Shown here: positions 53,205 through 63,091 of the stretch, one piece after another
How positions within the stretch are numbered: position 1 is the first letter of the stretch
Layout of the letters: every line of letters starts with the position of its first letter
NCBI GenBank assembly: GCA_963764625.1
Contig: CAVXTH010000009.1
Location: 608,001 to 672,000, forward strand
Length of the DNA: 64,000 nucleotides
Origin: Candidatus Krumholzibacteriota bacterium
GTDB taxonomy: Bacteria; Krumholzibacteriota; Krumholzibacteriia; JAJRXK01
Direction: 5' to 3'
The notes under the pieces: model-generated
Seen by the model: only the letters and a program-made list of their open reading frames with translations
Told to the model about the DNA's origin: nothing
Database searches by the model: none
Made by a program: the position numbers and the translations under genes

Positions 53205-54518
53205 CTACACCGAGCGTCCTTTGCTTCCCTGAAGATTCATCCTGCGCCCCGTGATCACGCGAAAGGCGATTTCAACGGAGAGGGCCACGGAGACCAGCAG
53301 AACCAGGAACCAGAGTTCCTGGGGGGAAGTGGTCGCCGTCTGCCAGATCAGACACCCCAGCGCACCTAGACAAAATCCCGCACCGAGAAGGGAGAGCGAC
53401 TTCTTGCTCTTTGTCTCGTTTGCCAGCACCGCGTTGGCGAGGTTCACCGCCGCGAAGATCAAGAGGAAGCCGGCGCTGCCCATGGTCGACATGCTCGACA
53501 GGTCGGCCAGGTTCGCGACCAAAACGGTGAGTCCTGAGGTGATGAGAAGGCCCTCCAGAGGCCTTCCCCAGGCCTTTTTCTCCAGCGCGCTCGGGAGCTC
53601 GCCGTCCTTTGCGATGACGTAACTCAGGCGGGAGGCTCCATACACCGTCGCGTTGATCGCCGAAGCGGTCGAGAGCATGGCGGCAATGGCGATCAGCACG
53701 AATCCGACTTGCCCCAGGGAAGGGCGGGCCGCCTCGGCCAGCGCGTAATCCTTGGCCCCCACGATCTTCGCCACGGGGAGCGAACCGACCGTGACGATGG
53801 CGACGAGCACGTAGAGTACGATTACGAAGGCGACGCTCCCAAAGAAGGCGCGCGGCAGAGTCCTGGGCGCATCCCGCACATCCTCGGCCGCGTTCGCAAT
53901 CAGCTCGAAACCCTCGTAGGCGAGAAAGATGATCATCCCTCCGGCCACGAGGTTTATGGGGGAGGGCCAGGTTGAGCTCGCCAGCCGCGCGCCGTCTACC
54001 CCCCAGATACCGACCCCGATGAACAGCGCGAGAATCAACAGTTTGAACAGCACGATCCAGTCTTCCGCCTCACCAATCAGCTTGGCTCTCAAGAGATTGA
54101 GCCCCGTGATCCCGAGAACACTGACCGTGATCAGGATGTGTTTCCACAGAGGGCGTGCTGCCTCCGGGAAGAACGACGCGCCGTAGCTTCCGAAGGCATA
54201 GGCGTACAGCGAGAGCATGACGATGTAGCTCATCCAGAGCAGGATGTTCGCGCTTCCGGTCAAGAGCCCCGAGCCAAAAGCGCGATCGAGGAAGGTGACG
54301 GTACCACCCTGACTCGGAAAGTGAACGGAGAGTCGCGCGTACGAATACGAAGTCAAGAGCGCCACGAGACCTGCGATCAAGAAGGCCAGGGGCGCCCCGC
54401 CTCCGGTCAACTGCACCGACAACCCGAGAACGGCGAAGATTCCGCCCCCGACCATACCGCCGACCCCGATCGAGGCGAGTTCTAAGAAACCGAGGCCGGT
54501 GCTCTTGGGTGTGCTCAT
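53205..54518 (-). CDS. APC family amino acid permease
   Basis: GGMVGGGIFAVLG and FLAYEGFELIAN; 12 TM; start at MSTPK. Confidence 0.9.
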   Translation of the reverse strand: MSTPKSTGLGFLELASIGVGGMVGGGIFAVLGLSVQLTGGGAPLAFLIAGLVALLTSYSYARLSVHFPSQGGTVTFLDRAFGSGLLTGSANILLWMSYIVMLSLYAYAFGSYGASFFPEAARPLWKHILITVSVLGITGLNLLRAKLIGEAEDWIVLFKLLILALFIGVGIWGVDGARLASSTWPSPINLVAGGMIIFLAYEGFELIANAAEDVRDAPRTLPRAFFGSVAFVIVLYVLVAIVTVGSLPVAKIVGAKDYALAEAARPSLGQVGFVLIAIAAMLSTASAINATVYGASRLSYVIAKDGELPSALEKKAWGRPLEGLLITSGLTVLVANLADLSSMSTMGSAGFLLIFAAVNLANAVLANETKSKKSLSLLGAGFCLGALGCLIWQTATTSPQELWFLVLLVSVALSVEIAFRVITGRRMNLQGSKGRSV

Positions 54519-54523
54519 GTCTT

Positions 54524-56272
54524 CTACAAGCCGGAGTCCACGATCTGGAGCTTGTCGCTCCCATTGCAACTGATGACGATGTGGTTGCCGGGATCGTGCA
54601 GCCATGCGGCATGTGCCGGTGCCGAGCACTCGGTGTCCGCGGCGGTACTCCATTGGGCCACAGTCTGCCCGTCGGAGTCCACCACCAGCACGTTGAAGTG
54701 GTCGTCGTTGAACCCAGTGCTGAGGATGGCTACGTCGCCGTTGTTCATCGGGAGCAGATCGATGCCAACCGGGCCGTCGTTCACGGGGACTTGCCCCACG
54801 ATCTTCACCGAATCGGTCGCCGCATCCCAGGTGGCGATCGTGAGATCATCGCTGTCGTAGTTGCTGATCGCGCAGACATTTCCGGCGCAACGCAACTGGC
54901 GGGCGCCGTCTCCGATCGGACCGATATAATCAGCCTGCATTCCCGATGTGCGATCAAACCGGAAGAGGCTGCCAGGAGCCCCATTCGTGGCGACCAGCAT
55001 GCTCCCGTCCGGACCCCGGGCAAGGGCGGAAGCCAAGGTGCTCGTTCCCAGACCCATGTCGGTATTCAGGAAATCATCCCCGAGATCCCAGGTTCCATTC
55101 CCCGGTTGGTATTCCACTTCGGTGATCCGAAAGGAAGTCACCACCAGGAGTCCCCCGCTCGTGCGATCGTTGTCGTAGGAAATCCCGTCGATCACGTTGG
55201 AGGAGGACTCGACGGTCAACGAGAAAGCATTCCAGTCTTGAGCGGGTGGGTAGTAGAAGCTCAGGACGCCTCCGTTGGGGCCGTAGGTGAAGACCGCATC
55301 CTCACCCGTACCGTCTCGCTTGAATTTGCCAGATCCACCGCCACTCAGCAGGAGTCCCCCGTAGGACTGCGCGCCGGTCGACTGGAAGATGGGAGTGGCC
55401 GGAGGACTCTGCCAGGGTGGGCCCTGGACGAGGAAGGAGTTGGAACCGGCCACGGCCAACAGAAAGGACTGCACCGTCTGGTTGGCCCAATCGCCGGGAA
55501 TTGCGAGGACGTCGACACCGTCCGGTGCGACCACGGGAGAATCGTAGAGCCCCGGAACCACATCGGAAGTAGCTGGGGTCACTTCGACCTCGATGGGTCC
55601 AGCATAGTCACCATCTTGCTGAGAATCGAAGCCGTGGAATCGGACCTCGAACACACCGACCTTGTTGAATTGAATGATGGTCGTGAGGCCGTCGTGGTCG
55701 GCGATGTCGCTGGTGACCCAGGTGCCCGTATATGGAGGTTCGCCGCCGCTGACGCTTCCCGTGAAGCTGATGGATTGCCCCTGCTCGATCTTCTGGCGAG
55801 TCGTAGGAGAGATGATCTTCGCCACCACGGAATCACAGCTGCTCTTCACGTGAATCAAGATCTCATCGGACGCTTCGTTGCTGTTCTCATCACGAACGGT
55901 GTAGTGAATGGAACGAAGACCGGCGCTTGCGAAGGTGATCGGCGGAGGGTCCTTCGCGGTCGAAGTGGCCGGCGTTCCTCCTTCGAAGGACCATGCGTGC
56001 GTAAGGGAGTCAGTGGATGCGTCTACCGTGGCCTTGAAGGTCACGGACTGTCCGACCAGAATACAGATTCCCGAATCCGGTTGGATGATCTTCGCTGTTA
56101 TGAGAGGAAGTTCGGGGACGTTGATGTCACCGTTGTTGCTGCAGCTCAATCCCAGGAACCAGACGACGATGAGAGAGAGGAGAAGGACGGAATGAGATAG
56201 TACCCGACGACGTGGAATAGACAATTTGATGCTCGCTCCCGGGGAAACAAAAATTTTACGAACCGATTCCAA
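54524..56272 (-). CDS. Lipoprotein with PKD-like domains and C-terminal beta-propeller-like region
   Basis: Lipobox GLSC, VGQSVTFKA...WSFEGGTPATST (PKD-like) and propeller-like repeats. Start uncertain. Confidence 0.7.
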   Translation of the reverse strand: MESVRKIFVSPGASIKLSIPRRRVLSHSVLLLSLIVVWFLGLSCSNNGDINVPELPLITAKIIQPDSGICILVGQSVTFKATVDASTDSLTHAWSFEGGTPATSTAKDPPPITFASAGLRSIHYTVRDENSNEASDEILIHVKSSCDSVVAKIISPTTRQKIEQGQSISFTGSVSGGEPPYTGTWVTSDIADHDGLTTIIQFNKVGVFEVRFHGFDSQQDGDYAGPIEVEVTPATSDVVPGLYDSPVVAPDGVDVLAIPGDWANQTVQSFLLAVAGSNSFLVQGPPWQSPPATPIFQSTGAQSYGGLLLSGGGSGKFKRDGTGEDAVFTYGPNGGVLSFYYPPAQDWNAFSLTVESSSNVIDGISYDNDRTSGGLLVVTSFRITEVEYQPGNGTWDLGDDFLNTDMGLGTSTLASALARGPDGSMLVATNGAPGSLFRFDRTSGMQADYIGPIGDGARQLRCAGNVCAISNYDSDDLTIATWDAATDSVKIVGQVPVNDGPVGIDLLPMNNGDVAILSTGFNDDHFNVLVVDSDGQTVAQWSTAADTECSAPAHAAWLHDPGNHIVISCNGSDKLQIVDSGL

Positions 56273-56351
56273 ACCAGGTCAACCGAAAATCCGCGCTGCG
56301 AAGTGCTCCCGTTAAGACGATTGCCATTCTGTTTCCGTTAAAAGCTAGACG

Positions 56352-56381
56352 AAAAGCGATCCCTCCGGCGAGGAATCGCTC
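56352..56381 (-). terminator. Intrinsic terminator of the HMGCS-thiolase-DUF35 operon
   Basis: Minus strand GAGCGATTCCTC-GCCG-GAGGGATCGCTTTT. Confidence 0.6.
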
Positions 56382-56449
56382 TTCTCCCATGAATCATTCG
56401 AATTCTCTCCAACCAGCACCCGCTCGCCATCGAGCCAGGCCAAGGGGAC

Positions 56450-56842
56450 TCAGTCCACCACTCTGGCCTTATAGCCGTACTGCAGAACCTCCCATTTGGG
56501 ATCGGACTGCAGCTTGCGGAAGATGATCTCGACTTTGGTGCCGATTTTTACCTCGTCGGGTGGAGCATCGGCCACCATGCAGGTGAGCCGCGTCTTGTTC
56601 TCCAGCTCGACGATCGCCACCACATACGGCTTCTGCGACTCGAACTGCGCCGGGGGAATCCAGATGGTGGTGTGCGTGAGCACTTTCCCGCGACGCGGCA
56701 GTTGGGTCGTCTCGAATTTGCGCGCCCCGCACTTGCGGCACACCGCGCGCGGCGGAAAGTGAACTTCCCCGCAACTCGTGCACTTGCCGGCTTCCAGCCG
56801 GTAGCGCTGTGGGATCTCACGATGGTAGCGGGGGGTGATCAT
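56450..56842 (-). CDS. DUF35 Zn-ribbon/OB-fold scaffold protein
   Basis: [18 protein letters not shown] and PYVVAIVEL. Confidence 0.92.
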   Translation of the reverse strand: MITPRYHREIPQRYRLEAGKCTSCGEVHFPPRAVCRKCGARKFETTQLPRRGKVLTHTTIWIPPAQFESQKPYVVAIVELENKTRLTCMVADAPPDEVKIGTKVEIIFRKLQSDPKWEVLQYGYKARVVD

Positions 56843-57999
56843 TGCTCCACCTCCAGGATGTGTACGGTGCAGCTTCCGCCCGAACCGCCCATGTTCTGTG
56901 CCATGCCGACCCGAGGCTTCTTCTTCAACTGACGATCCCCGGCGCGCCCGGTGAGCTGGGATACGATCTCGTAGATCTGCGCCACGCCGCTGGCACCTAC
57001 CGGGTGACCCTTGCTCTTCAGACCGCCCGAGGTGTTGATGGGCCTGGCGCCGTCGCGGGCAGTGGCTCCGCTCAGGGCCGCCTGGCCGCCTTGACCGCGT
57101 TCGAAGAAACCCAGCTCTTCAGTGCACACGATTTCAGCGATGGTGAAGCAGTCGTGTACCTCGCAGACATCGATGTCCTTGGGGCCGATGCCCGCCATCT
57201 CGTAAGCGCGGCGTCCTGCCTCGCCCACCACCGGAATGGCGGCGAAGTCCTCGCGGTCGTGCAGGGCGATGGTGTCGGTGGCATGCCCGGAGCCGATGAT
57301 CTTCACCACCGGCTTGCCAAGTTCGCGCGCCACTTCCACCGGCGCCAAAAGAACGCAGGCCGCGCCGTCGGTCACCGGTGAGCAGTCGAAGAGTCCCAGC
57401 GGTTCGGCCACGCGCACCGCGCCCAGCACCGTCTCCGGCTTGATCTTCATCTGAAATTGCGCCTTTGGATTCAGCGCCCCGTTGTCGTGGTTTTTGACCG
57501 CCACCGCCGCGAGCATTTCCGGCGTAGTGCCGTAGCGCGCCATGTGCGCATTGGCGATCATCGCGTACAGACCGGGGAAGGTGACGCCATTGTACACCTC
57601 GTATTCCTGGTCGGCCGCGGTGGCCAGACAGTAGGTGGCGTCCGCCCCGTCATTCATCTTTTCCACCCCTCCGGCCAGCACGTAATCGCTGGCTCCGCTG
57701 GCCACCTCCAGCCACGCGGCGCGAAATGCGGCGCCGCCCGATGCGCAGGCCGATTCGACGCGGGTGGCGCCGATGCCCGGCAGGCCGGCATAATCGGCCA
57801 GCATGGAGGCCAGGTGCTCCTGGCCCACGAACAGACCGCCGCTCATGCAGCCGATGTACGCCGACTGGATCTTGGAGCGCTCCACGCCCGCGTCTTCGAT
57901 GCACTCGGCTGCCGCTGTCGCGAAGAGATCCCGAAGGGGGGAGTCCCACAGCTCGCCGAACTTGGTCATGCCGATGCCGATCACAGCTACGTCTCTCAT
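56839..57999 (-). CDS. Archaeal-type acetyl-CoA acetyltransferase (thiolase)
   Basis: [24 protein letters not shown] and NMGGSG. Confidence 0.92.
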   Translation of the reverse strand: MRDVAVIGIGMTKFGELWDSPLRDLFATAAAECIEDAGVERSKIQSAYIGCMSGGLFVGQEHLASMLADYAGLPGIGATRVESACASGGAAFRAAWLEVASGASDYVLAGGVEKMNDGADATYCLATAADQEYEVYNGVTFPGLYAMIANAHMARYGTTPEMLAAVAVKNHDNGALNPKAQFQMKIKPETVLGAVRVAEPLGLFDCSPVTDGAACVLLAPVEVARELGKPVVKIIGSGHATDTIALHDREDFAAIPVVGEAGRRAYEMAGIGPKDIDVCEVHDCFTIAEIVCTEELGFFERGQGGQAALSGATARDGARPINTSGGLKSKGHPVGASGVAQIYEIVSQLTGRAGDRQLKKKPRVGMAQNMGGSGGSCTVHILEVEQ

Positions 58000-58012
58000 C
58001 TCATCCCCCTTT

Positions 58013-59062
58013 CTAGATCTCGTTCATGCGGATCTTGCCGCGGTACGCTACGTACTTGCCGTAGTCCAGGTGAATGCGCCGGTCGCCGAGCTGGTCGCGT
58101 ACTTTCGGCGCCAGATTTTGAATCTCGGGAAGGCGATCGGTGGCGCGTAGAATGAAGGAGTCCGAACCGGCGCCACTTCCGAACGAGGTGATCAGGATCT
58201 GGTCCCCGGGCTTGGCGACGTCCAGACAGGCGGCCAGTCCGGTGGGCGAGGACCCGCTGTAGGTGTTGCCCATCAGGTTGACCACCCAACCCTGTTCCAT
58301 CTGTTCCTTCTTGAAGCCCAGGGCCTTGCCGGCCTTCAAAGGAAACTTCCCGTTGGGCATGTGGAAAACGGCGTAGCGGAAATCTTCCGGCTTCATGCCG
58401 CTGCGCTCGAGGATGCCCCCGGCGCTGCTCAAGACGTGCTTGAAATACGCGGGTTCGCCGGTGAAACGTCCGGCATGGCGCGGGTAGAACTCGCCTTCGC
58501 GCCGCCAGAAATCGGGAGTGTCACTGGTGTAGGAATAGGTGTGGAGAATTTCGGCCGCGACTCTCTCGGTGCCCATGATGAAGGCGGAGCCACCGGCCGA
58601 GGCGGTGTATTCGAGCGCGTCGCCAGGAGCGCCCTGACTGGTGTCGGCGCCGATTCCCAGCGCGTATTTCATCTCGCCCGACTTCACCTGGCAGTAGGCC
58701 ACGTACATGGCTTCGGTGCCTGCCTTGCAGGCGAATTCGAAGTCGGCCACGTGGACGTCTGGCCCAATGCCCAGGGCATCGATCAGAATCGTACCCGAGG
58801 GTTTGACCGCGTACGGGTGGCTCTCCGAACCGATGTAGCAGCTGCCGATTTCTTGGGGGTCGATGCCGGCGCGCTTGAGCGCATCCCGGGCCGCCGCCAC
58901 GCTGATGGTGATGGTGTCTTCGTCTGGTCCGGGAACTGTCTTTTCTTCGAGGAGGAGGCCCTTTTTGAAGGCCTCGGCGTCCGCGCCCCACTGGTTGGCG
59001 ATGTCCTCCGCCTTGATCCGGTAGCGCGGGACGTAGGAACCATAACCGACGATCCCAATCAT
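58013..59062 (-). CDS. Archaeal-type hydroxymethylglutaryl-CoA synthase
   Basis: [49 protein letters not shown] and SFGSGAGSD. Confidence 0.92.
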   Translation of the reverse strand: MIGIVGYGSYVPRYRIKAEDIANQWGADAEAFKKGLLLEEKTVPGPDEDTITISVAAARDALKRAGIDPQEIGSCYIGSESHPYAVKPSGTILIDALGIGPDVHVADFEFACKAGTEAMYVAYCQVKSGEMKYALGIGADTSQGAPGDALEYTASAGGSAFIMGTERVAAEILHTYSYTSDTPDFWRREGEFYPRHAGRFTGEPAYFKHVLSSAGGILERSGMKPEDFRYAVFHMPNGKFPLKAGKALGFKKEQMEQGWVVNLMGNTYSGSSPTGLAACLDVAKPGDQILITSFGSGAGSDSFILRATDRLPEIQNLAPKVRDQLGDRRIHLDYGKYVAYRGKIRMNEI

Positions 59063-59147
59063 AGGACGTCTCCTTCCTTGGATCCCTGCTGTGTGGAATA
59101 GCGCACCGACGGTAGGTCCTGGACCGTGCGAACGCAAGGCGGGTCGA

Positions 59148-59221
59148 GCGTGCGTTCGGGGTCTCGAGACTTCGGCTGCGCCGCGCGTGCGTTGGGGGGC
59201 TTCGGACTCCGGCCGAGCCGA
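59148..59221. repeat. Degenerate 37-bp tandem duplication
   Basis: Units 59148-59184 and 59185-59221 share 28/37 positions. Confidence 0.55.
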
Positions 59222-59231
59222 GCCCGCGACT

Positions 59232-59307
59232 GTGTACCCGGGTAGACTGGGGCCAGTCCTTGGGGCCGGGTCCGCTTCGCCGCGGGGGGGGGTGTACCCG
59301 GGTAGAC
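59232..59307. repeat. Two identical 16-bp near-palindromes, 60-nt period
   Basis: GTGTACCCGGGTAGAC at 59232-59247 and 59292-59307. Confidence 0.85.
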
Positions 59308-59433
59308 GGCGGTCGAGGCAGCAGGACGCGGGCAGAAAAACTGGGTGCAAATCTATCGTATATTCATGCCCGAAGGCCAAGCGCAGGGAGGGAAGAAGCC
59401 GGTAGAATCCCTGGAAAATCGCGAAAAAACCCA

Positions 59434-59461
59434 TTGCAAACTTCTAAAATACCACTAATAT
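59434..59461 (+). promoter_or_regulatory. sigma70-like promoter of the HNH gene
   Basis: TTGCAA-N16-TAATAT in an AT-rich island, followed by a 10-bp hairpin (59493-59518). Confidence 0.5.
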
Positions 59462-59550
59462 GTTTGTATTACCTCCCTGGTGCATTTCGACTCGTGACAC
59501 GGCGTGAACCGTGTCGCGGAGGGATTCGCTTTCGATTCGTGGGGGTCGTC

Positions 59551-60930
59551 ATGTCAACTGCTCAGTCCAAGCGCGCCAGCAGAACCAGCCAGACCAGCAA
59601 GCCTATCTCGACTGCCCCATCATTTCGCCCCGGCCTCAGCGCGGCGCAGGTCGATCGGGAGCTGAAGCGCGCCGTCCAGAACTGGCGCTCGGCCGAGCAG
59701 TGCGTGGTCCTGTGGTTTGCCGAACTCCATCGGCGTCAGCTCTACAAGAAACTCGGCTTCGGGACCATTCATCTCTACGCAGCCGAAGCTCTCGGGTTCT
59801 CGCGGGCGCGCTCCTATCAGTTGCTGAAGTTGGCGGAGCGCTTGAAAGAGCTGCCGACCTTGCACAGGGCAGTGGCTTCGGGCGAGCTGGGATGGACCAA
59901 GGCGCGGGCCGTGGCGACGGTCGCCACGGTGAAGACCCAAGAGAAGTGGCTCGAAAAGGCGCAGACTTCGAGCCGCCGTGAACTCGAAAGGGAGATCGAC
60001 CGTACGAAGCGCCGGGTTCGAGCCGCACGCGCGATTCCCTCAGGGCAGATGGCCTTGGGGGCCGTGGTCTCCAACGGGGCTGAGAGTGCTCGGGCTGGCG
60101 GTTCTGCCCGCGCTGACGGTTCCGCCAATGCCGGAAATGCCAAGTCGGCTGGTCACGCCAGATGTGGAAACGAGCCAGCGCTTCGAGTCGACGACAGCAT
60201 TGGAACCACGAAACGAAGCGCTGCCTGCGCCGAGGGTCAGCCGGGCCAGCGCGAGACGATCATGGAGGCTCCCCTCAGCCTGAATGTCGCCTTCACACCC
60301 GAGCAGTTCGCGCGCTACGAGGCTCTCGTGGCACAGCTACGTCGCCGCGGCCATCGCGAAGCGAAAGGGGGGTTGCTTCTCGCGGCGTTGGACAGTTTGC
60401 TGACCAACTCCGAACCGGCAACCGCTCGAACCGGTGACGAACGCAAGTCCCAACCGAAAACCACCAAGGTCGCGGGTGGTTTCGGCGCGGCTCATTCGCG
60501 CGGGGCGGTTGCCATCCGCGTGACCGCCTCACCCTATCAGATCCACATCCATCACTGTCCGCGCTGCGAATCCGCCGTGATCGCCACCAGCCGCGGGGAC
60601 CAACCGATCGACCGCACCACCCTCGAGGCTGCGCTCTGCGATGCGAGGCTGAAGCGCCCTGGCCAGCGCACTCGCTCGACTTTGCCCTCGCGCCTACGCC
60701 GGCAGGCTCTCGAACGCGATCGGCATCGATGCCGCATGCCGGGATGCGAATACCGGCAATTCCTCGCGGTGCATCACATCGTTCCCAGAGAGGATGGAGG
60801 AACACACGAGCTGTCGAACCTGATCACGCTGTGTGGCTCGTGTCATCGCGCTCTGCATGAGCTGCGAACACCACAACGCCAGGAGGTATTGGGTCCGGTG
60901 CGACGAAGGGACCGGCGTCTCGCTCCTTGA
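59551..60930 (+). CDS. DUF222-like HNH endonuclease
   Basis: Helical N-terminus (LGFGTIHLYA..LGFS, GELGWTKAR), HHCPRC, and C-terminal RDRHRCRMPGC...VHHIVP..GG...NLITLCGSCH. Confidence 0.88.
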   Translation: MSTAQSKRASRTSQTSKPISTAPSFRPGLSAAQVDRELKRAVQNWRSAEQCVVLWFAELHRRQLYKKLGFGTIHLYAAEALGFSRARSYQLLKLAERLKELPTLHRAVASGELGWTKARAVATVATVKTQEKWLEKAQTSSRRELEREIDRTKRRVRAARAIPSGQMALGAVVSNGAESARAGGSARADGSANAGNAKSAGHARCGNEPALRVDDSIGTTKRSAACAEGQPGQRETIMEAPLSLNVAFTPEQFARYEALVAQLRRRGHREAKGGLLLAALDSLLTNSEPATARTGDERKSQPKTTKVAGGFGAAHSRGAVAIRVTASPYQIHIHHCPRCESAVIATSRGDQPIDRTTLEAALCDARLKRPGQRTRSTLPSRLRRQALERDRHRCRMPGCEYRQFLAVHHIVPREDGGTHELSNLITLCGSCHRALHELRTPQRQEVLGPVRRRDRRLAP

Positions 60931-60945
60931 GCCAGGGAGTGATCT

Positions 60946-62916
60946 TCACGGCCTGTATTCGTCCGTGGCCTGCAGCCGCGGCGGCGACGTTTGCACGACT
61001 GCGCTCGCTGTTGCGCTTGACGGTGCGTACGTGATGATGACGGGGCAGCTGGTGGCTGCACTGGCCGGCTGGTAGAGCGGCGTCGGGGGCTGCCCGAAGT
61101 AACAGATGTCCACTCCACCGCCGCAGTCGGGAACCAGTGATGGGTCCGTGCCGACGATCGGCGGGTCATGTTCCCAGTGGTTGTAGCGAACGTCAGCGTG
61201 CACCAGAGGGAGGACCTCCAGATTGGCTGCGTCATTGCAGGCGAGGACGTTGCCGTAGGCGTGCAGCGTATACTCGAGGCCTGCCGAGATGTCGACTCTC
61301 ACTTGGAGACCAGTGTATCCATTGTCAGCGATTGTGTTGAGTTTGCATACCAGCGTATCGCCGTCGGTTCGACCTGTGGCGACGATTCCCGCCTGACCAT
61401 TCAATAGAATGGTATTCGCTTCCACGAGAAAGTGCGTTGCGCTATCCAGAATGATGCCACTTCCGGCGCATTCCGTGACGGTGTTGTGATAGATGAAACC
61501 GTCGGTCGCCCCCGGGATTCCCCCCGCAGCGATGCCGTTTGTGCAGTTCGTGATGACGTTGTGCGTAACTCGTTCACCCGGGCCAAACATGTAGACCGCC
61601 GTCGTGGCGTCGGTGAAACGGGAGCTTGTGACCGAGGCATTGTCGCCGTAGAGCTTGACGGCCATGAGGAATCCTCTGAACGAGGAGGCAATGATACTAC
61701 CGTCATCGCCCAAGGAGACACCTTCAGCTGCGTCGGAGCCCATCGAACCATCAATCAAACAGAAGCTGATCGTCATTGCTTGGCCTTGGCTGTCGATCGT
61801 CAAATTTCCACCAGAGGCTCTCGGACGCACCACGCACGCATGCACGACGGCATCTGCGGCGCCGAGAATCATCGGGATCTGCATCGAGCTGATGATCGTC
61901 TCCAGGTACTGGATGCCGTTCGAAAGAAGAGTGCCCGTACCGACGAGGCGGGTTCCCGGCTTCAACTGGAGGGGAAAGACCTCTCCTGAGGACTCCGAGT
62001 ACGATCCCCTTGCCATGAAAATCGGCTCGTCGCCGCTCGTGTGATCGAGAGCCGTGGTGATGGTCTTGCAGGGATTCCCCGGCGCACCACAGGTGGGGGA
62101 GTCGGCGCCGGTGTTGACGTCGACGTAGATTCCCTCGCTCGACGAGTAGGTGACAGCGGACAATTCGGTTCGGTTCGTTTCGACGTTTCCGGCGGCATCC
62201 ATCGCGCGTACGACCGCATAGTAGGTCGTCCCGGGAGTCAACCCGGTCAACACGGTTGACTCCTCGCCGGAGGATGTCGCCGCGGTTGGTGTCGCGAAAC
62301 TCTGTCCGCCGCTCGTGGCGGCGAGATAGATGAGATAGGTGGTGTCGGCGGCCGGAGCCCCGGCCTCGGTGGCCGCCTGCCACGAGAGCGCAAGCGCGGT
62401 GTCCGAGAGCGGCCCGATCGAGCTCACACCGGAGAAATCGGGCGCTTGGACGTCAGCGCTCGTCACCATGGAGAGGGCGACCGTCTGATCGAGGGAATCC
62501 AAGCTCGCGTAGTGAACCCCGCGATAGATCGTCTGGCCGTTTCCATCCCGGGCCTCCACCTGAAAGCGCCGTGTGGGACCCCACGCGACATCGAGATTCT
62601 CTTCGACCAGACGATCCGGATTGGTGACGGTGCGGGTGAGGTCAGAAATGTCCTCACCGGAGACGGTGATCGTCACTTCGCTCACGCTGGCGGGCGTCGT
62701 CAGGACCGGTCCGGAGGCCAGGTGATTGTCCCAGGAGACGATGCGAAGCTGCACCCCGCCGCTCGGGGGTGGGGCTCCGCCGCCGTCGCTCGAGACGGGT
62801 GAGCTACCCCCGCAGCCGGTGAAGAGGGCTGCCGCCGTGAGCACCACGTCTGCCGCGAGCAGCAGACCCGCCGCCACTCCATTCGAAGACCTCTGATACG
62901 CACGCAACCAAGCCAT
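60946..62916 (-). CDS. Surface lipoprotein with FnIII and DUF1565/parallel beta-helix domains
   Basis: Lipobox FTGC, FnIII (LTGLTPGTTYYAVVRA), PCKTITTAL...GEVFPLQL and beta-helix repeats. Start uncertain. Confidence 0.8.
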   Translation of the reverse strand: MAWLRAYQRSSNGVAAGLLLAADVVLTAAALFTGCGGSSPVSSDGGGAPPPSGGVQLRIVSWDNHLASGPVLTTPASVSEVTITVSGEDISDLTRTVTNPDRLVEENLDVAWGPTRRFQVEARDGNGQTIYRGVHYASLDSLDQTVALSMVTSADVQAPDFSGVSSIGPLSDTALALSWQAATEAGAPAADTTYLIYLAATSGGQSFATPTAATSSGEESTVLTGLTPGTTYYAVVRAMDAAGNVETNRTELSAVTYSSSEGIYVDVNTGADSPTCGAPGNPCKTITTALDHTSGDEPIFMARGSYSESSGEVFPLQLKPGTRLVGTGTLLSNGIQYLETIISSMQIPMILGAADAVVHACVVRPRASGGNLTIDSQGQAMTISFCLIDGSMGSDAAEGVSLGDDGSIIASSFRGFLMAVKLYGDNASVTSSRFTDATTAVYMFGPGERVTHNVITNCTNGIAAGGIPGATDGFIYHNTVTECAGSGIILDSATHFLVEANTILLNGQAGIVATGRTDGDTLVCKLNTIADNGYTGLQVRVDISAGLEYTLHAYGNVLACNDAANLEVLPLVHADVRYNHWEHDPPIVGTDPSLVPDCGGGVDICYFGQPPTPLYQPASAATSCPVIITYAPSSATASAVVQTSPPRLQATDEYRP

Positions 62917-63091
62917 TGGTACGAACTCCTGCCTGACCGGACCCCTCTGGCAATCCCGGACCTGGGGTTCCCGGCTGGGTACTCGTGAAACACTTCAGGG
63001 GCGCGAGATGGCAAGACGGAAATGAGGTCTTGCCAAAACTCCTCGCCCGCGTGTTCCCCCTGCATACCCCGTCGAGTGAGGAGGTCCCCTG

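Noticed and set aside
49396-54518. Integron cassette array
   Set aside because: No attC-like RYYYAAC...GTTRRRY hairpins seen; some genes overlap; no integrase.
59232-59307. CRISPR array
   Set aside because: Only two 16-bp repeats and no cas genes.
59453-59466. LexA box at the HNH promoter
   Set aside because: Only one half-site (ATATGTTTG) resembles the Gram-positive consensus.
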